Source: Octopus sinensis
Lineage: Eukaryota
Assembly (NCBI RefSeq): GCF_006345805.1
Contig: NC_042999.1
Span: forward strand, 166,346,001 to 166,410,000
Direction of reading: 5' to 3'
DNA: 64,000 bases
The notes beneath the pieces are model-generated. The model did not search any database. It worked only from the letters and a program-made list of their open reading frames with translations, and was not told where the DNA came from. Each line of letters begins with the position of its first letter. Position 1 is the stretch's first letter. This document shows positions 27,071 to 40,562 of the stretch, in pieces. A program made the position numbers and the translations under genes.

Positions 27071-28134
27071 AGAAGTCTTCTACTTTAGCCTCAGGCTGAC
27101 CAAAGCCTTGTGAAAGGATCTGGTAGGTGAAAACTGGAAGAAGCCCAACACATATATGTGTGTGTGTGTGTGGGATAACTGGTGTTGGTTTATTTACATC
27201 CTTGTGACTTAGCAGCTTGGCATAAGAGACTAACAGAATAAATACTAGGCTTAAAAGACAAATACTGGGGTCGATTTGTTCAGCTAAAACTCTTCGTAGC
27301 AGTGCTACAGCATGGCCACAGTCTAATCACTGAAACAAGTAAAAGGCAAAAAGGTAAAGAGACTATCGTACTGTTTTACCTGTTTATCATAGCTGAAAGT
27401 TTCCATAACAAACAAACAAACACACAAAAGCCCATGATACAGTCTATTATCCATTTATCTGTGCCACTGGCACGAAGCCAGTTGCCAGTGCTGCCTGACT
27501 GGCTCCTATGCCTGTGGCACATAAAAAGCACCATTTGAATATGGTTGATGCCAGTACCACCAGTGGTACATAAAAAGCACCCACAACACTCTCAGAGTAG
27601 TTGATGTTAGGAAGGGCATCATCGTGTAGAAACCTTGCCAAATCAGATTGGAGCCTGGTGCAGTCTTCTGGCTTGCCAGTCCTCAGTCAAACCATCCAAC
27701 CTATGTCAGCATGGAAAGCGGACGTTAGACGATGATGATGATGACGATGACGACGATGACGACGACAACTCTGAAGATAATCTGAATTGATGACTCTGAA
27801 GATTACCCTTGTTTTTGAAGTTTATCAGATTAGGAAGAGACGGTGTCAATGACTCTTGTAAATATTCTCAAACTGTGGTTGAATATTGAATTTAAAGGCT
27901 GAGGACTCTAGGGTCCACTTAACTGCAGTTCCAAATTGGGTAGATTGAACAGGGTGTTTAATATGGAATTTTAGATAGTGAGATATGATATGGATTACAG
28001 AGGTAAAAAGAGAGATGAGTGAGATAGATGGAGTTGGATAGATGAGATAAGCTGATAGATAATAGCATGGGGATTAACAAATGCTACTTGTGATAATGAC
28101 ACTTGAGGTGACATTTATACAAAAACATACACCC

Positions 28135-28136
28135 CC

Positions 28137-28177
<41 letters not shown>

Positions 28178-28353
28178 CAGTCTGCTCTCTTGGACCATTT
28201 AAAAGTCATACTTTCAAAAAGTTAATATGAGGTTTCAAATACTACAGACGGTAGAAAAAATAAGTAATTCTTTAATTATTTCACATTCAAACTGCTTTAT
28301 ATTTATATATTTACATATATTCTATGAAACAGACTTGATTTTTATAATGTTAG

Positions 28354-28434
<81 letters not shown>

Positions 28435-28526
28435 TAGATATAGATATAGATATACACACAGACACACTCACATATGCACATACCCTACACACATACACAC
28501 ATACACACATACACACATACATACAT

Positions 28527-28569
<43 letters not shown>

Positions 28570-28570
28570 T
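28135..28570. repeat. Compound microsatellite cluster (TC, TA, TAGA, CA, CAGA)
   Basis: Directly visible; interrupted by about 170 bp of AT-rich sequence. Confidence 0.9.
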
Positions 28571-29204
28571 ATCATCAGATGAAAGGATGAGTGCATATCA
28601 GCAGAAGACCATGCATGATTGTGTTAGCAGAAGGAAAGCTCTTGGATGACAGTAACATTGATCCTCAAAGCAGTCTATCATGGACCAACAACCAGATTGC
28701 TAACTCTCACTTTGAAGGGAATGAAAAACACTAAAATGTGTTAACATGCAAGCTTTGTAGCATTAACACCAAAGATACCACCTATATAATAAGTTGTCTG
28801 GAAATGTCATCACCTTATTATCTACTGATGAGATTGGCTAAGACACTATACAATGTGATTTGTGGGAAGGATAATTCTAGAACCAAAGATATAAGAACAT
28901 ACTGTGCAGTAGAGACCATAGCCACTCATAATATGAAAGAGTACTGGTGGAATGACCCTATGGAAATCACAGTAAAATGCAACCGTAATATCCTAGACTG
29001 AGTTCAAATCTCAATAGAGGTCAACTTTACCTTTCATCTCTCTGGAGTCAATAAAATAATGTACCAGTCCAATACTGTTATCAGTTAACCCACTTCAAAA
29101 TTGCTGGCCTTATGCCTAAATCAAAAGCCCTTATTATTTTGAATGTAATAAGCCTTGTGTCTATGTTATAGAAATAATTATTATTATTTTCATTTGATTT
29201 TCAG

Positions 29205-29342
29205 AATGGATTGAGTTTACACCATATGAAATTGGCATCCCAAAATATGGAACGTACATGAAGGTTGAACATTTTGGTTCTAAGTTTTTTATGGGTAAAA
29301 TGTGTCGTGAACACCCAGAACCACCATTGCACTATCTTCAAG
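29205..29342 (+). CDS. PLA2G4A: cPLA2-alpha-like exon (EWIEFTPYEIGIPKYG...EPPLHYLQ)
   Basis: tttcag acceptor, gtaaga donor, 138 bp. Matches the family motif WVEFSPYEIG..KYG. Confidence 0.97.
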
Positions 29343-31602
29343 GTAAGACATTCAGGAATTGATAATTACATTGTCATGCCATGTTACCAATATTAGCCAG
29401 ATTATTCAGTATATTTAAGGGCAATAGAACAACAGAAATGGTAGAGCATTGGATTAAATTTAGTGTTCTCTCTTAAGTTTGGAATTAAAACCTTTGTTTG
29501 GATTAATTTTGTTAACCACAGCACAAGTATTGCAGTAACTTCAATCAATGTTTATACCAAAACAAATTTAGTGAGATTCTTTTACTTAGTAAAAAATACA
29601 AGTTTCCCAAGGTGTGGCATTTTAAATAGTAGAAGTTTGCACCTTCCTAAATGACTCATTCATTGTAATATAGTTTACGTAAATAATTGCCTAATTGCCC
29701 ATATTCAGCCTAACTAAAAATATTTTAGCTCTTTCACTGTATGCTGTGTCAATCAGAGCACATATCAGTTTTCTATTGTTAAATGAGTAATGATTCTTTC
29801 ATTACAACAGGTGACGTTTAAAAAAAAAAAAAATGAAAGAAAACAAGCTGTTTCCATAGCCTTCTTTGATCATAATATAAATGCATTTCTGGTCTAGTGC
29901 ACCTCCAGAAAATCCCCTGCTATGTTATGTCACTGTTGCTGTGTTGTATTCCCAGACAATACAATGCATCAGTCATCTTTGATCAATCAGTGAAATTAGT
30001 AGCTGATAAAGGGCAGAAATTAACACCTAATTAGTACTGCTCTATGTTTGTGAACAAGACACTGAGCTTTTAAAAATCTCACCCCACCTAACTGTTAATA
30101 GGTAGTACAAGATAACTATTGTTCATTCTTGTATGGTGTAGGTTCCTATCTACTATCTTGTCTCTGTAAAATAAAAAATGGGGGAAGATGAAATTATTAA
30201 TTGAAATCAGTTCTGGCACTTTATAAATATGGTCTGTCTCCCATTTCTCTTACATATCTTTATTTGGTTCCACCCTAAGACATCAAGATATCTTGTTCTT
30301 TAGAAATAATTTCAGGTTTACAAGCCTGTGGGTCTCAAAAATTTCCTAAAACCTTTTAATTTAACACATTTGTGTCATAAGCACGTAAAAAGCACCCACT
30401 ACACTCACGGAGTGGTTGGCGTTAGGAAGGGCATCCAGCCGTAGAAACACTGCCAGATCAGACTGGGCCTGATGCAGCCTTCTGGCTTCACAGACCCCAG
30501 TTAAACCGTCCAACCCATGCTAGCATGGAAAGCGGACGCTAAATGATGATGATGATGATGATGATTTGTGAACCATTAAGTGACTAAGGTTTTTGAGATA
30601 ATCTTTTGTATCATGATTTACTTAATTTTTGTTTTCATAAGCATTAATTTATTATTATTTGAAATACTGTGTCACCGAGAACTGTCTTTAGATTCACTTG
30701 TTCCACATGCATTATAGGCTTAATCCAGTTTAATGCTCTTCCCTGACAAGTGCCAGATTTAGACTTGGTTAGGTCTTAAGCTTTATAAAGCTAGGAAGCC
30801 TCTTGCTTAAAAAAATTATACAAAGAAATCTCACAAAAAGTGTAAGGGCACCCTTTAATTATTTTGAGGCTCCTATAGATTGTGGGATTCTAAGCTGTAA
30901 CTTACTCAGCTTATGTCTAAAGCCTGACTGTTGGATGTCTTTAGTGGAGTCCACTCTGTTAGAAATATTCAGTTCAGGGCCTTGGCCTCAGAAAAAGTCC
31001 CACGAGGTGGTAAGTTCTGGATTCAGTCCCACTGAGTGACACCTTGGTCAAGTGTCTTCTATTATAGACTCAGGCCAACCAAAGCCTTATCATTGGATTT
31101 GACAGATGGAAACTAACAACCAGTGTTGATGTGTTACATTCCCATAACTTAGTGGTTCAGCAAAAGAGACTGGCAGAATAAGTTTCAGATTTAGAAAAAA
31201 ATAAGTTCCAGGGTTGATCCATTTGACTAAAATTCTTCAAACTGTGCACCAGTATGGCCACAGTCTAATAACTGAAACAAGTAAATGATAAAAGATCCTG
31301 TGACCATTCTTGTAGGCCTTTGCAAAAAGGACATAGGCACTGCCAATCCTACTCTTACTAAATCATACTAGAAAATGAATAAAATCTATTAATTTAATCA
31401 ACCTTCATCTCCAAGTCCACTTTAAATTGGTAGTTAAATCTCATAGTATGGAAAAATCTAAAAAATTTCTTTGACTATTTCCATCATTTGTAATGCTGAA
31501 ATATGAAGAATACGTTGCAGGTGAAAGGTGTTTACCATCTCAGCTTCTAAAAAACTTATTAAGAAATAATCTAAGTTATATAAATGTAACCACTATCTAC
31601 AG

Positions 31603-31695
31603 GTATTTGGGGAAGTGCCTTTTGCATCTTGTTCAAAAGATTACTGGAAGACAAATCAAGAAAGGATCCAGTTGGAATGATCCGGCATGATATAC
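31603..31695 (+). CDS. PLA2G4A: cPLA2-alpha-like exon (GIWGSAFCILFKRLLED...)
   Basis: ctacag acceptor, gtgagt donor, 93 bp. Matches the family motif GVWGSAFSIL. Confidence 0.95.
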
Positions 31696-31926
31696 GTGAG
31701 TATACAACTTTCTTTCATTTCTGAATGATTTTGTTATTTGTTAGTTACAACTTCTAATGGTAATTTGTATGGAATTGTTACTTTATCTATCTATCAATCT
31801 GTCCATTTCTCCAACTATATATCATTTGATCTATCTAACTATATATTCACCTATCTACCTTCCTATCTACCTACCTACGTCCCCACCCAAGTTTCTGAAA
31901 ACAATTTTATTTATTTTATTTAACAG

Positions 31927-32248
31927 AAATGGAATTAGACAAGCAGCAACTGGATACTAACTCTGATTCATCAGATGATGAGGAAGAGATTAAACAAGAG
32001 GAGACACTAAAGAGAAGAAGTGTAGTGATGCAACATCATTTGAGTTCCAGAAAATCAAATGAAGGCATCCCAAAAAATTCTGTTGAAACTGGAATCAACG
32101 CCCTTAATAACATAGATCCTAATGACATTTCAGTCAGAAGAGGATCAAATGAAGGAGATGCTTCAAGTAAAGATGGATCTGATAGCGAGAAAAAAGCTTC
32201 AGGTTCTGAGGGATTCTGGACCCAAATGTTAAGGGGATTACTTGAGAA
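31927..32248 (+). CDS. PLA2G4A: cPLA2-alpha-like exon, acidic/Ser-rich lid-region insert (MELDKQQLDTNSDSSDDEEE...FWTQMLRGLLE)
   Basis: aacag acceptor, gtaagt donor, 322 bp, open frame (ORF track 31929..32252). Phases fit both neighbours; SDSSDDE recalls human NDSSDSDDE. Confidence 0.88.
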
Positions 32249-34025
32249 GTAAGTATGTTCTTTAAGTCATTATTATTTGGCAGAACCAGTTGAGCAGCTT
32301 GCTTTCCTTTATGTTCTGAGTTCAAATTCCACCAAGGTTCACTTCAATCCTTAAGAGTTTGATAGAATGAGTGTCAGTCAAGTAAAATATATGTACACAC
32401 ACAGAATTGAAGCACTTGAAAAATCAGATACGGTTGTAACGTCTTGGTTGAAAATATTATCATCTATATAATATATATATATATATGTGTTACCAGTGCC
32501 GGTGGCATGTAAGAGAACCTTCTGTTTCGCGACCGTTGCCAGCACCGCCCCGTTTCGTGTCCGTTGCCAGCCTCGCCTGGCCCTCGTGCCGGTGGCACAT
32601 AAAAAGCACCATCCGTTCGTGGCCTTTTGCCAGCTCTGTCTGGCACCTGTGCGGGTGGCACGTAAAAAGCACCCACTACACTCACGGAGTGGTTGGCGTT
32701 AGGAAGGGCATCCAGCCGTAGAAACACTGCCAGATTTGACTGGGCCTGATGAAGCCTTCTGGCTTCACAGACCCCAGTACAACCGTCCAACCCATGCCAG
32801 CATGGAAAACGGACGCTAAATGATGATGATGCTGATGATGATATATATATATATATATATATGTGAAACATCTGTGTTTCTATGCTCACTACAATAGTCA
32901 GGGCTGGCCAAGACCTTGTGAGTAGATTTGGTAGATGGAAACTGAAAGAATCCCACAATATATATATATGTGTGTGTATTTTGTTATCTTGCTTTGGCAT
33001 AATGATACCAATAGCCCGGTGTTAGAACTCAATGTACATATTGCTTCTGAACGAATAAGAAGTATGAATGACAAACAAATAAACAACTATGTTATGAACT
33101 CCATTAGCTTACAGCTGTTTCTGCTATAAGATGCAATGCACTCAGAGTTGTATGCTTGAGTGTCACCCTATAGCTTCATTGGAACTTCAGTGCATGTCCC
33201 TGAATCCCTTGAACAATCAGATACAGTTGTAATGTCCCAGTTGAAAATATATGATACATCCACTTTTCCATGGATTAGACCTTTTGTATAACTGGATGCC
33301 ATTCCCATCACTAAGCTTCACCTGTTTCTAAGTAAAGTAATAGTTCAGCATACCTTGATATGATTACCTGGAATATTGGAAACAAAGTGTTATGTGTGTG
33401 TTTGGGTTCTAATGGGAAAGACAACCAGTTGAAAACCATTGTTATTGTTTACGTGTTTATTTTCATTACTTGATACACGAACGACCACATTACAGCGTAG
33501 TGATACATTATATACTTTACACACAGTTTATACTGTTCACTAACAAATAGTGCCAAGAGTGGGGATGTGGTTTGGCATACGCAAACACATACATATGAAT
33601 ATGTAACACAAAGAACACCTCTTCCATGTCAATGACACTTGTATACAACTGTTATCTTTTTTGCCTTCCTTTAGCAAAACAATCAATTTCCTTCTTTTGG
33701 TTGTTGTGATAAAAAAAAACACATTTGAAATGTCTGAAGACATGACTTTTCTTTTCTTATCAAACTTTCATTAGCCTTTTTCAATACCTCTTAAAAAGTA
33801 TTGCCTCAACTATGGCCTCTGAGTATTGCTCCTCCGAATTCCATTCGGTTCCTTTGCCCATCACGCATGTTATGTGACATTTTCATCAAAATTGCACACT
33901 AATCAAAATCTTTCTTCCTAATAATTGTGATTCTCTGGAACTATCACCTGTCTATGTTGTTGTTTATGAGTAAGCAGGTATTTTGAAAATAGCTGCAAAC
34001 TCATAAACAACATAGACTGTGCCCT

Positions 34026-34408
34026 GGAAGCATTCCGTCGGTTACGACAATGAGGGTTCCGGTTGATCCGAATCAACGGAACAGCCTGCTCGTGAAATTA
34101 AAGTGTAAGTCGCTGAGCACTGCACAGACACGTGTACCCTTAATGTAGTTCTCGGGGATATTCAGCGTGACACAGAGAGTGACAAGGCCGGCCCTTTGAA
34201 ATACAGGTACAACAGAAACAGGAAGTAAGAGTGAGAGAAAGTTGTAGTGAAAGAGTACAGCAGGGATCACCACCATCCCCTGCCGGAGCCTCGTGGAGCT
34301 TTTAGGTGTTTTCGCTCAATAAACACTCACAACGCCCGGTCTGGGAATCGAAACCGCGATCCTATGACCGCGAGTCCGCTGCCCTAACCACTGGGCCATT
34401 GCGCCTCC
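34026..34408 (-). mobile_element. Young tRNA-derived SINE family B, full length, 12-bp TSD
   Basis: Reverse complement of the copies above. TSD agactgtgccct at 34014-34025 and 34413-34424. Confidence 0.92.
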
Positions 34409-35167
34409 ACCAAGACTGTGCCCTACATAGTTATAGGCTGCCCTTTTGCAAAGCACAGCACCCATTCAGCCACCTTACCAGGTTTATGGGGAAGTCATAA
34501 GACTGCAACATGACAGATTGTGAAGAGGTGGCAGAAGAGCCAATTATGCGCCTTAAATTGATGCTGAGTGGAGGATTCCTGGTCAGAATCTGCAAACTCT
34601 TTCAAGAGAGTAACTGCAACATTTCCATAGAGATGGAACTCATTGTTGTGTAATCAACTAATGAAAGATTCGTTATGACTCAAGCTCCCAATTCAAAGAC
34701 AAATAATAGAATCGGGTGTTGACAGAAAGGAATCGGTAAAGGCAACATGACCAAATGATGATGTTATTGTTTAGATCTGTGACCAAAAATGTTTTACTAG
34801 CAGCCATCCCATCTTTTGCTTTCAAGCATCAGAGTATATTTCGGACTACATTATCCAAGAGGTTCACTTCATTTATTCTTCATACATCAGTCTTCTGCTG
34901 ACATTCAAATTGAAGATCAACTGCGTAGCCTCCATTAGTCCAGGAGATCTTGCAGGGGCTATGTGCATTGATCCTCTACCTCAAACTAAATAATAGTTCT
35001 CATCTCAACCAAGAAAAAAACTATGTTTCTGTGATCATTGAATTTTTAGTCTATTTTTAATTGTTGCTAACTCATATTAAATAATTGTCTTCATCAAATA
35101 CAGAAAATACACAAAAAATAAATGAAATATAAATAAATCTTTTCATGTCTGAAATTTTATTTTCTAG

Positions 35168-35295
35168 TAAGAATTGGGAAGTGTTGAGTACACGAGCTGG
35201 AAGAGCTGGTGTTGTGCATAATCCAATGCGGGGTTTATTCCTCAACAAAAGTTATCCATTGTCACCATTCACACCTTCTATCGTTGATGATAAAA
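35168..35295 (+). CDS. PLA2G4A: cPLA2-alpha-like exon (KNWEVLSTRAGRAGVVHNPMRGLFLNKSYPLSPF...)
   Basis: ttctag acceptor, gtaagt donor, 128 bp. Matches TREGRAGKVHNFMLGL and the PLSP MAPK site (Ser505 equivalent). Confidence 0.95.
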
Positions 35296-36049
35296 GTAAG
35301 TAAAGCTCTTGTTTCTCCACACTCTTTTAATTTATAAAGTGTAGTTCTGTAAAATAGGACATCTATAAATATATAATTAAAAATAAACTCTAGGAATAAC
35401 CTAATTGTAATTTATCATGCGCCACATGCTTACAACTGGCTGGCTTCTTCAGTATCACTTAATGTCCATGTTCCATACTGGCATGAGTTGGAGCTGGCAT
35501 AGATTCTGTTTATAAATAACACAGAGACCTTTCAAAGTCATGTGATGTCCTACCATATCTGTTTATATATCAATCTAACTAACTAGATGTTAACCAGCTG
35601 CTTGTCTATCTGTCTACCTGAGAAAGATTTCAGAGGTAATTGAGTAAGGACCACCAGGAAGTACCAGCTGTATGAGGCCATTACTATCATTAGAGTATTT
35701 TGTTTTATTTTCAATCCTCACGGGATGTTCAGGTTAAATTTGGTGATTATTCATATCTCATTTTCTCAAAAGCAGCTTGATGTGTTGATGAAGAGTCAAC
35801 AGTATTGAAGAGCATAAAGATGAAAGTTGTAGTTGAGAAAAACTTAGCTGACATGGAGGACTAGAAGCCATCTGAATATTGGAAAAGAGTTACTCTTATT
35901 GTGTTGATTTGTACGGGTATCAAAGTGCTAACATCACAACTGCTGCTCAATGCCCTGAGAACACTGTAAAAGCTGTAAAGCATGACATGGTCAGTTACAA
36001 TGTAAAATGTGTAGCTGTGGTCAGCAGGAAGGGACGCAACAAGTATTCT

Positions 36050-36480
36050 GACAGTGCCTTAGGTTCAATTCAGACTGCTATGTGAAGCTGCTGGAGACTG
36101 TGGTCAAACCATGGCAGGATTTTGCTCCATACCAAATCCTGCTGCCACAGAAAAACATCAAAAGTGGTTGTTGGAGACTCCTAATTCCATCAATTGTAAT
36201 CCCATGTGTGGAGTGCCATGTGTGGAGTGCCATTGAGCAAGACACCAACCACTCTGCCTGAAACACCAAGGCCAGGCTAGTGGCCAAGATCAAGATGTCT
36301 GAAGATCATCCCTGGAACATATGCACTAGGTTCCAGAGCTGTTTTAAGGCCATGGTGGAAGCTGAGGGCAGCTCCTTTGAGTAAACTGTTATCTCCCAGC
36401 AATAACCAAGTTGATATTTTTTGATTTTTTAAAATTCTTTTATTTTTGGATGGGATATTGTATTTTCTTTTCCTTTTATG
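36050..36480 (+). mobile_element. Decayed Tc1/mariner transposase 3' fragment
   Basis: Remnants NSDCYVKLLETVVKPW and PNS..CNPM (WPPNSPDLNP-like); ends VVEAEGSSFE*. Boundaries approximate. Confidence 0.55.
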
Positions 36481-38162
36481 CAAACTGCCAAATGTAACCC
36501 AAACACCCTGTGTACGGATGAAAGGGAATATAACGGACAGAAGAGCTTCTTTTGAGCTTCTGGTACTTATAATATTATAACCTAAATCCCCAAAACAAAA
36601 TTTTTAAAATGATGATCTGAGGGGGGGGGTATAATGTTTATTTGATTTTGTGATTTAGAAGAAGGAAGGAGGGGAGCAGGATGACTTTTATAGGATCTTT
36701 GAGATTAGTTGTAGAAAGTGAAGAAGAATCTGCAACTCATAATCAGGATCTGAGTTGCTGTTATGACTAGGAACAGATATCAGCAAGACAACTTCTTCTA
36801 CCTGTAACCTGTAACTAATGGCAACACTCTAAAAGGGAGAGCATAGTCATCAAGACTGGAGGCCTGCTCTGAATGTATAAATGTTTTCAACTGAGTGAGC
36901 AGTTCTAAGGGCTCCCAAAGGCCAGTTGGTGATTGTGTTTTAACAAGGGAGACATGTTAGGTCTATCACTCGATACTTTTTTTGTATCAATTCTGGCATG
37001 TATGTCATAGTTTAAAAACCCATTCATTCTAAGCTTCATGCATAAAAGACCAGGGAGATAATTTGGTTTATCACTATGCAGATAATACCAGATGTACAAA
37101 CACGCAACATACACAAGCAACCACACACACACACACACACACACACATATCGATGCAGAAAGCATATCCTAATCCAAGAAAAGACAACCCTATGGTCTTG
37201 TAGAAATTCTAGCAAAGAAAGGTTTGAGAGTTGCTTTTCTCGATCCATTATCTTGAGTCATCAAAAGTAGCTAAGTTCTGTGGTCCCACTCTGTGAGCTT
37301 TAACCTCAGAGTATAAGAAAGAATAAGCAATTTTATAGGAGCTAAGACTGCTGTCAAAGTCAGTGAAGAAACAAGTTAAAAAACACAGTTCGATTTTAGG
37401 ACTATAACAGCAGTGATGGAAATTGTGGAGTATTCAGGAGTGACTTATGATGCCTAATCCTACCTTCCTAATCTCAGTCTCACAGACCTTAGTTCATTCC
37501 TACTTCTTAATACTCATTCCCTTCACTGTATAACAGTTGTTCTATAATATGGAATTAGAAGATTCAAAGCCCTTCCTCACAAATATCCATCTTGAGAATA
37601 TTTTTAGCTAAAACTTTATGATAATTTCTTCTTTTTCAAGTGGCTGAAACCAAGATCGATTTTCCAAAGTCATGCCAAGAATCTCAGTCGTTGCGTAGCC
37701 TTAGTAAGTCTTCAATTTCACATTGTGTGTCTCTATCAATAACATCAAGGTAGCTGTATGGTCTTTGTTTTCAATTAAAGTTCAGAAGTCTGATACGTCT
37801 TGTTGTTCAGCATGGTAGCAGTGACTGGTAAAGCCTACCCTGTGCTGAGCAACAATTTTAAAGATGCAGGGAATATGTCCATAAATCTCCTCTTTAGTCT
37901 TGTATTTATGCCAGGAGATGTTCTGAGCCCTCATGAGAAACCTCTTCCTGGTTGAGGTTTCATCTCTACACTTGCCTGAAAAAGGCCAGCATAAGTGACT
38001 TTAAAATACAGGATTACAAGATATTTTGAAACTTTTTACCAGCACTCCAAATCAATTCATAATGCAATGATAGGTTAATCACAGGAAATTAGCTCATATA
38101 CAAAAATAATAATCTTTTAATAAGAATATTTACTGATTGACATTTCTCATTCCATTTTACAG

Positions 38163-38344
38163 CTGATGAATTTGATGGCAATTTTGAGATGGCAAATACA
38201 AAAGAGAAACGCTTATACATGGTAGATGCTGGTCTCACTTTCAACTCTCCTTTTCCTTTGATACTACGACCCCAGCGAGGTGTAAAACTCATATTATCTT
38301 TTGACTTCAGTGCACGAGACTCTGATGTTGCAGAACCATTCAAA
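38163..38344 (+). CDS. PLA2G4A: cPLA2-alpha-like exon with catalytic Asp (LYMVDAGLTFNSPFPLILRPQRGVKLILSFDFSAR)
   Basis: ttacag acceptor, gtaggt donor, 182 bp. VDAGL corresponds to human VDSGL (Asp549). Confidence 0.97.
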
Positions 38345-38655
38345 GTAGGTACAATCTGTATGACTAATCTAAGAATTTTCTTGAGAACCATCTTAATAGT
38401 ACAAATATCACCCATGAATTGGGAGTATTTCTTATGCAATAAAGCTTCAAATGTTGGATTTAATGTTTGAACTATATAATCATCATCCATTGCCATTATT
38501 TAATGTTCATTTTCCATACTGGCATTCAATATTCAATTTTAAAAAGTTTAGTTTATGTTAAATATATTAGAACCTCTCTAATTTGATTTTTTTTATCTAT
38601 CTGTTCTAAATCTGTTCAAAGAAGATTATCACTAAACCTGGTTTAATTATTGCAG

Positions 38656-38842
38656 GAACTTTTGTTGGCAGAAAAGTGGGCTCGAATAAACAACTTGCCT
38701 TTCCCTCCTATTGATACTTCAGTCTTTGAAAAAGAAGGAATGAAAGAATTATATATCTTCCGTCATCCAGATGACCCATACTGCCCAGTAATCATGCATT
38801 TTGTGTTGTGTAACTTAAAATTCAGAGATTTTAAGGAACCAG
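38656..38842 (+). CDS. PLA2G4A: cPLA2-alpha-like exon (ELLLAEKWARINNLPFPPID...CPVIMHFVLCNLKFRDFKEP)
   Basis: ttgcag acceptor, gtaaaa donor, 187 bp. Matches ELLLAEKWAKMNKLPFPKID. Confidence 0.97.
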
Positions 38843-40014
38843 GTAAAACTGACTTAATATTTATATTCATCTGTGGTAACGTGTGAAATTTATTTTTATT
38901 AAATAAAATATCTTTATCAGAGATTGCATTTAAACTTTTAGGTAGCAGTTGCATTGCAATGATACAATAAAAGATGCAGTTGCATCCACAACATGGAAAA
39001 GCATATAGTGTGATAGAAATAAATATTCTAGAACCAATATTAAGGATTACTTAAACAAATGCATGGGCGTGAGGTTAAGAATATGCTAAACTCACAAGTG
39101 CAACTTGATAAATGTGAAAGCCTGTAGGAGAGTCCATTCCTGTTAAGTCACACATTTAATGCATTACCAGGTCATCTAGACCGTGGGTACCATTAGCAGA
39201 GTCCACTTTGTTGTAATCATTCAAGCAAGAACTCCAGCCTGAGAACAACTTCCTTAATTTTCCCTACTAGTCTTGGATGCTCAAAAAGGGTCCTGAATGC
39301 TTGCTTCAGCATTGCCATCATCATCATCATCATCATTTAACATCCCTCTTCCATGCCAACATAGGTTGGATGGCTTGACAGGAGCTGGTAAGGCCAGGGA
39401 CCACACCAAATTCCATAGTCTGTTTTGGTTTGGTTTCTATGGCTGGATGCCCTCCCTCATACCAACCACTCTACAGAGTGTACTGGGTGCTTTTTATGTA
39501 GCTCTATCACTGGTGCTTTTTTAAGTGGCACTAGCACCAATGCTTTTTACATGGCACCTTGGTTTTAGTGTCTCCAATTCTGTTGTGATGAGTGAATCTT
39601 CTCAAGTAAAACAATGTGCAACACATCTCAGTCCCCTATCGTCTTCAGAAGGTTCAGCTTTTTGAGATCAGCTTTCAAAATTTCCTTTCATATCTTTCTA
39701 GGTCTCCTTCTTCCACAACTTCCCTCCACTTGCTTAGTAATTAGTAGAAGATGCTATAAAATAAGACATTATTATAGAAGCAGTTAAATCACCTTACAGT
39801 CTCATATAATGCAAGTTAAATATGTTCGTTGAATGATAATCATAAATTCTTTTCAAAATATTGAATACAAGATTAAAAACATTCCACTTTGGATTTCATG
39901 ATGATCAAAAATGAGAGTTTTAGCCGATATAATTCATAATCCAATACCTTATCAATTTTATGACTTTTGTTGCATTATTACAACATTAATCAACTTTTGC
40001 TTTATTTCCTGAAG

Positions 40015-40562
40015 GTGTTCCAAGAGAAACAAAAGAGGAAAAAGAATTTGCAGACTTCAACATTTATGATGATCCAGACACACCATATTCAACATTTAAC
40101 TTCAGTTATAGTAATCTGGCTTTTGATCGACTGACAAAACTTACAGAATTCAACACATTGTTACACATAGATGACATTAAGGAATGTATTGCTCAGCAAG
40201 TTGAACTGAACAGATTCTTGCCAAAGAAAGTGCCAATTCAGTTCAAGAATGTCAAACGTCTTCCCATCAAATCTGTTGACAATCAAAACAAACTGAAACA
40301 ATATATTCAACAAATGAAGCGCTCCAACACTGCCCGTACCGTTGAGCTGGAAAAAAAATACAGCAAACAATCAGTAAATGGAACCAATCAAACACAGACG
40401 ATACAGCATTTAACGAGAGGGCAACGTTCAATGAAATTGTCAATTAATTTACCAATGAGAGAAATTAATAGAGCATCATGTAAATCTGTATATTTTGACT
40501 CAAGAGAAAGTCTTAGTGACACCAGTGATAGTTCTGATGAAGAATACTCATCTCCTTTATAA
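40015..40562 (+). CDS. PLA2G4A: cPLA2-alpha-like last coding exon with long C-terminal extension (GVPRETKEEKEFADFNIYDDPDTPYSTFNF...SSPL*)
   Basis: ctgaag acceptor, open to TAA at 40560-40562. Matches GVPRETEEEKEIADFDIFDDPESPFSTFNF. The 12 exons sum to 2244 nt, divisible by 3. Confidence 0.95.

Noticed and set aside
35168-35171. Alternative acceptor 4 nt downstream (tag|taag|)
   Set aside because: It would shift the frame and remove the catalytic Asp exon; there is no evidence of use.
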